Below, one piece after another: positions 35,097-39,091 of a stretch of DNA of 39,091 nt (position 1 is the first letter of the stretch; each line of letters opens with the position of its first letter). The position numbers and the translations under genes are program-made. The notes under the pieces are model-generated. The model did not search any database. It worked only from the letters and a program-made list of their open reading frames with translations, and was not told the DNA's origin. The DNA comes from Octopus bimaculoides (lineage: Eukaryota): positions 46,461,347 to 46,500,437 of the forward strand of contig NC_068985.1 in assembly GCF_001194135.2 (NCBI RefSeq). The letters are read 5' to 3'.

Positions 35097-35316
35097 TACA
35101 AAGGGGTGCTGAAAAGTTCCTGGCTTTAAGGATATCCTGAAAGACCTGGGCTGGAGGCCCAACCTTCCGAGTTTTTTTACAGAGCTTAGAAAAACTGAAG
35201 GACTGCTGCAACAAGCATGTGAATCTGAGAGGGGAATATGTTGAAAAAAATCATAATTAACTGATCCACTTGTATTTTCTTTTACCCAGAACCAGGAACT
35301 TTTCAGAACCCTGTTA
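35097..35316. mobile_element. Same mariner-type MITE, opposite orientation
   Basis: TA-CAAAGGGGTGCTGAAAAGTTCCTGGCTTTA ... CCAGGAACTTTTCAGAACCC; the internal sequence is the reverse complement of 11946-12163. Confidence 0.85.
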
Positions 35317-35318
35317 TA

Positions 35319-35692
35319 CTCTTTTACTTGTTTCAGTCATTTGACTGCGGCCATGCTGGAGCACCGCCTTTAGTCGAGCAAATCGACCCCAGGACTTATT
35401 CTTTGTAAGCCTAGTACTTATTCTATCGGTCTCTTTTACCGAACCGCTAAGTTACGGGGACGTAAACACACCACTATCGGTTGTCAAGCGAAGTGGGGGG
35501 GGGGACAAACACAGACACACACATACATATATACGACAGGCTTCTTTCAGTTTCCGTCTACCAAATCCACTCACAAGGCTTTGGTCGGCCCGAGGCTATA
35601 GTAGAAGACACTTGCCCAAGGTGCCACGCAGTGGGACTGAACCCGGAACCATGTGGTTGGTAAACAAGCTACTTACCACACAGCCACTCCTA
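35319..35692 (-). mobile_element. SINE family A, little diverged
   Basis: Nearly colinear with 23971-24337. Confidence 0.9.
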
Positions 35693-36472
35693 CATACATA
35701 CAAGTTATGGAATGTTACCAAATGAGGTTTATCTTTCAATATAGTCCCAGTTGCGGTTCATACACTTCCTTCATCGGTTTTGCACTGCTTGGATTCCATT
35801 GGTCAAGAAGCTTTCATCCTCTCGGTGAAGAAAGTCATAATAGCAGATATGACGTCATCAGTCATCATCAGTGCGATACTGGTTTCCAGCCAAGTATTTT
35901 TCATGTTAGGGACCCAATCAGGAGAACGGAGGGTGATCACCCAGTTCAAAGCCACAGTCACGCTCAGCAGCCACTGAAACTAAGGACTTGTGTACTGGAG
36001 CATTGTTCTGACGAAACGAGCCCTTTCATCAGTTTTCGTGGCGTTTGGTCTTGATAGCCTTTCGTAATTACCTCAACAAGTTATTGTATTCCCCATTGAT
36101 TGTGTGGCCCTTCTAAAGATAGTCAATAAACATAATGCATTTTGCATCCCGAAACACTGAGACCATCGCCCTCTTGCAGATGAAACGACCTTGGCCTTCT
36201 TTGGAACAGGTGTGGTAGGGTGTTTCTACTGAATGGATCGTCTCGTCTCTGGTTCAAAGTGATGAAACCAACACTCATCCTGGGTTAGGAATCTTCCAAG
36301 GAAATAAGCTGGGTTAGCCTTAAACAATGTCAGATTTTCCTGTGATGTAGTCAGCCTGGTGCGCTTTTGATCAGGTATCAGAAGACGTGGCACCGAGCAG
36401 AAACCATCGTTATGCCAAATTCATAGCGCAGAATATTTTCAACTCTCATAAGATATGCTAATAGCATTGACT

Positions 36473-36915
36473 TGTAGTGGCGCGAAATTATAGCCGCCAT
36501 TGAGGAAGTACTATTCTGCGCATGCGCAGGGGACTTCACCACCGGAAGCCCCTCGAGTGCGCATGCGTAGTAAAACTGGTTCTTAAAGAGAGAGTTTCAC
36601 TTGTTAGGCAGTTCAGCTCAGACCTACGTGACAACTCCTCGCTCCTCAACGAATTACCACTTCACCTCGATGCCTTCGATGGTGATAGCTACTTGTTTCT
36701 CTGGCAGGCGTCAAGGAAGCTCTTAACCTTCTATTACCAAACTACAATCTAATCAGCGGCTGCTAAACTGAATGACAGGAATTGTGAAACCAAGCATCAT
36801 CATAAATAAAACCTTTTTATTATATTGTAAATTGTTCTAATGTCTCTTCATATATAATTATGTTGAAAGGTGATAGAGAGACTAAAGTCTCTATGACAAC
36901 TATCAAACTTTTACA
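36473..36915 (+). mobile_element. Solo LTR (443 bp) of an LTR retrotransposon, probably Ty3/gypsy-type
   Basis: Termini TGTA...TACA; GACT direct repeat on both sides (36469-36472, 36916-36919). Removing the insert rejoins the transposase as NINQI-V-NAISISYE. An internal AATAAA near 36806 suggests + orientation. Confidence 0.85.
36479..36569. promoter_or_regulatory. Cluster of E2F, YY1, NRF1 (x2) and ETS consensus motifs in the solo LTR
   Basis: GGCGCGAAA (36479-36487, reverse complement TTTCGCGCC), GCCGCCATT (36493-36501), CTGCGCATGCGCAG (36516-36529), ACCGGAAG (36541-36548), TGCGCATGCGTA (36558-36569). Motif matches only; no functional evidence. Confidence 0.5.
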
Positions 36916-38479
36916 GACTATTTGATTTATATTCAGTTGCATGTTATCCATCACCATGTGGTGAACACGATTAATGTTTTTCTCGGTGGTGGCAGTTGCA
37001 GGACGTCCAGGCCTTGGGTCATTTTGAAGACTCTTCCCTCCCCTACTAAATTCAGCTGTCCACTTTTGCACTTGATAAAACTGGGGCATCTTACCTTAAT
37101 GTAGCAACCACGTCAGCATGAATGTCTTTGAAGTTAAACCCTTTTTCTGTAGGTACTTGATAACATCAAGATACCAAATTTTGTCCCTTTTCAAGAGAAG
37201 TCGTTACTAGTTACTTTTGAAGTCTTCTTTGAACTGACAAACGTTACTCTACCTGGAAGGAAACAAAGCAGTTATTAATGAAACGAGCTGAAAATAATGC
37301 ATGCATGATTTCACAGCTCTAGTATCACTTCTTCATAATCAGTGTAAGAGCTTTTCAGCGCACCCTCGTATATATGTGTGTAATGTAACTCTGCTTTTCT
37401 CTTGAACAACATCGGTGATACGGAGGGAGGAGACTGGTATGCATGAACAGATGCTGGTTCTCCACAAACAACGCTTGCGGTTCTGTTAACTTCTCAAGGT
37501 CTCGTTATCCGCATACAAAACACAATTCTAAACGCTACCTGAATCAGTTTCTTCAAATCCCACGTCCTGTGTCATATATACAAGGCTATCTCTGATTGAA
37601 ACTGTTCCGTCCTCTGCACTGCTGTTTCTCATTAATCATTTCCTTGCCCCTTAGCATATAGTAGCAAAATTGTGTTAGGTGGAATGAAAACAACTTCAAA
37701 TTAATAGAGACTTAAAAAGATGGCCAGTAGCGTAGCACAAGACCAGAACTATTCCAAACTTTCCTTCTCACCATAACGTTTAAAGGCCAAGTAGTAATGT
37801 TCAATGGACCATTCTATAAAAAGAAAATTCCAGTGTAACTTACTTGGTTTGTTGTCTTAACTTGTCATATAAACTGAAAGCGTTAAATTTCGAGTGACAT
37901 TGAGCCCACATATGTTTAAATACTTAAAAAAATGTTCATATGTTCTGGATTTTACTACGTGAACGTGTTAGTTTAGAAGAGTTAACACTCAATTTTAAGT
38001 GGCAATTTTTTGTCAGACTCATTCATTATCGTTTTTAAAGATAACAATACAAGTCTCAGTAATTCTGCAAAGACACTTATTTTCTCATCCTTCTACTCTT
38101 TTTATTATTTTTAGATTGGTATCTAATGATATTGATTTTCGCCTACGTGAAATGATGGGATAGCAAAAGTATTTTAAGTAATTACGAAACTGCTACTCAA
38201 TTGGCTTGGTGGAAAACTAGCAAACTTCATGAAATTCAAAAGCAAACCGAGTCTGACTAAGATGGCTTTTATGTGAATTATTGCAGCAATGAAATGGTTC
38301 CTTATAAAATGGTTCAAATATAGGCTAAACATTTTGGAGATAACTATGCAACGACAACTTTATTCTGTGGCACTGGCTGTTAACTTGTGACAATATCAAG
38401 TTAATGAGGCTTCATGTAAATGGGTAATAGAAATCAAGGCTATTCTGTCAATCTGTCTGTCTGTCGCTGCCTGTCTATA

Positions 38480-39000
38480 TCATCGGATGTTATACACCGC
38501 TGGTCACAATGCACTTCGATTCTTCCTTGATTGTGTCCTTCTTTCCCATCTTGACCCAAGTTGTTTAATTAAATTATCCATTCATCGTCGTGGAGGCCTT
38601 CCAAGAGGCCTTTTCTGATCTCTTGGATACTGCTCGGTAACTGCATAGATCCAAAGGTTGCCTCTGAACCTTGCAAAAAATGTACGGCACAGCGGAACTT
38701 GTGCTTTCGGTACTCTACAATCATGTCGTTTACTCCGCTCCGTCCTAGAGTCACCTCATTTCAGATAAACTGTCGCAATGATATCTCTACCATGGAACTT
38801 TCCATGGTCCTTCGCATCGTAGCTAATCCCCAACGCTTTTCGTAAAAGTTCACGTTTCACTTGCATATAAGAGTGCAAGCAGGACGATACTATTGAAGAG
38901 ATTGGTATGTAGGATCTTTGTCCGGCTTCGCTTTTATCGAAGAAAGCGTCTTCCATCCTGCCTTTGTGCTCCACAAGATTCCAGCATCCATGTTTCGGCG
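38480..39000 (-). pseudogene. Decayed RTE-clade LINE 3' end (different subfamily from 24400-24925)
   Basis: The minus strand gives NLFNSIVLLALLYASET*, GVNDMIVEYRKHKFRCAVH and ARFRGNLWIYAVTEQYPRDQKRPLGRPPRR*MD. These match the RTE motifs L.Y.SETW, K.RWAGH and RP.GRP..RW.D. Confidence 0.85.
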
Positions 39001-39016
39001 CATATTCACTAATATA

Positions 39017-39091
39017 TAGGTGCTGGAAAGTTCCCGGCTTTGGGTAAAAGAAAATACACGCGGATCAGTTAATCTTGATGTTTTTTATTTA
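39017..39091. mobile_element. Same mariner-type MITE, cut by the window end
   Basis: GGTGCTGGAAAGTTCCCGGCTTTGGGTAAAAGAAAATAC...GGATCAGTT matches the start of the 11946 copy. Confidence 0.75.

Larger units (their letters stand above)
35705..37370 (-). mobile_element. Decayed mariner (Tc1/mariner DDD) transposon, interrupted by a solo LTR at 36473-36915; 3' TIR missing
   Basis: The 5' end reads TA-CGAGGGTGCGCTGAAAAG at 37370. Transposase remnants: DKIWYLDVIKYLQKKG, QKWTAEFSRGGKSLQNDPRPGRPATATT (HTH), VPRLL, FLTQDECWFHHFEPETR (first Asp), RQNNAPVH (second Asp mutated to Asn), HPPFSPD with the LAPSD segment deleted, and C-terminal TNGIQAVQNR*RKCMNRNWDYIER*. Confidence 0.92.

Noticed and set aside
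35097-35128. TIR at 35097 as the missing 3' end of the long mariner
   Set aside because: It pairs with its own right TIR at ~35290-35316, and the enclosed sequence matches the MITE at 11946.
36522-36752. 76-aa ORF inside the LTR
   Set aside because: No homology recognised; LTRs are non-coding and the length is within chance.
1-39091. CRISPR arrays, rRNA, prokaryotic operons or defence systems
   Set aside because: No regularly spaced repeat-spacer arrays or such genes; the sequence is intron-rich animal DNA.

Overview
AT-rich, microsatellite-dense animal genomic DNA with five N-gaps. The repeat landscape looks like an Octopus (cephalopod) assembly; that assignment is inferred from repeat recognition, not from a search. 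One protein-coding gene is present: the 3' half of the PDZRN3/PDZRN4 (LNX3/4, Slip1-like) ortholog on the + strand. It has five coding exons (6708-6770, 16498-16596, 28349-28450, 28921-29049, 30534-31991; 616 aa in the window), joined by four phase-0 GT-AG introns and ending in the PDZ-binding motif -SVTTV. Three of the small exons are missed or mis-framed by the ORF track, and nearly all other listed ORFs are microsatellite, gap or TE artefacts. The rest is repeats: several tRNA-derived SINE families, decayed RTE-type LINE ends, mariner-type and TTAA (piggyBac-type) MITEs, and a decayed mariner split by a 443-bp TG..CA solo LTR with a 4-bp TSD. The most unusual items are (i) a tRNA-headed element at 18866-19155 whose head is inverted relative to a body carrying a decayed Penelope-type minimal hammerhead ribozyme, and (ii) a compact E2F/YY1/NRF1/ETS motif cluster in the first 100 bp of the solo LTR. 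No prokaryotic-type systems, CRISPR arrays, rRNA or genuine tRNA genes were seen. Repeat family labels A-F are my own and repeat ends are approximate unless a TSD or TIR fixes them.
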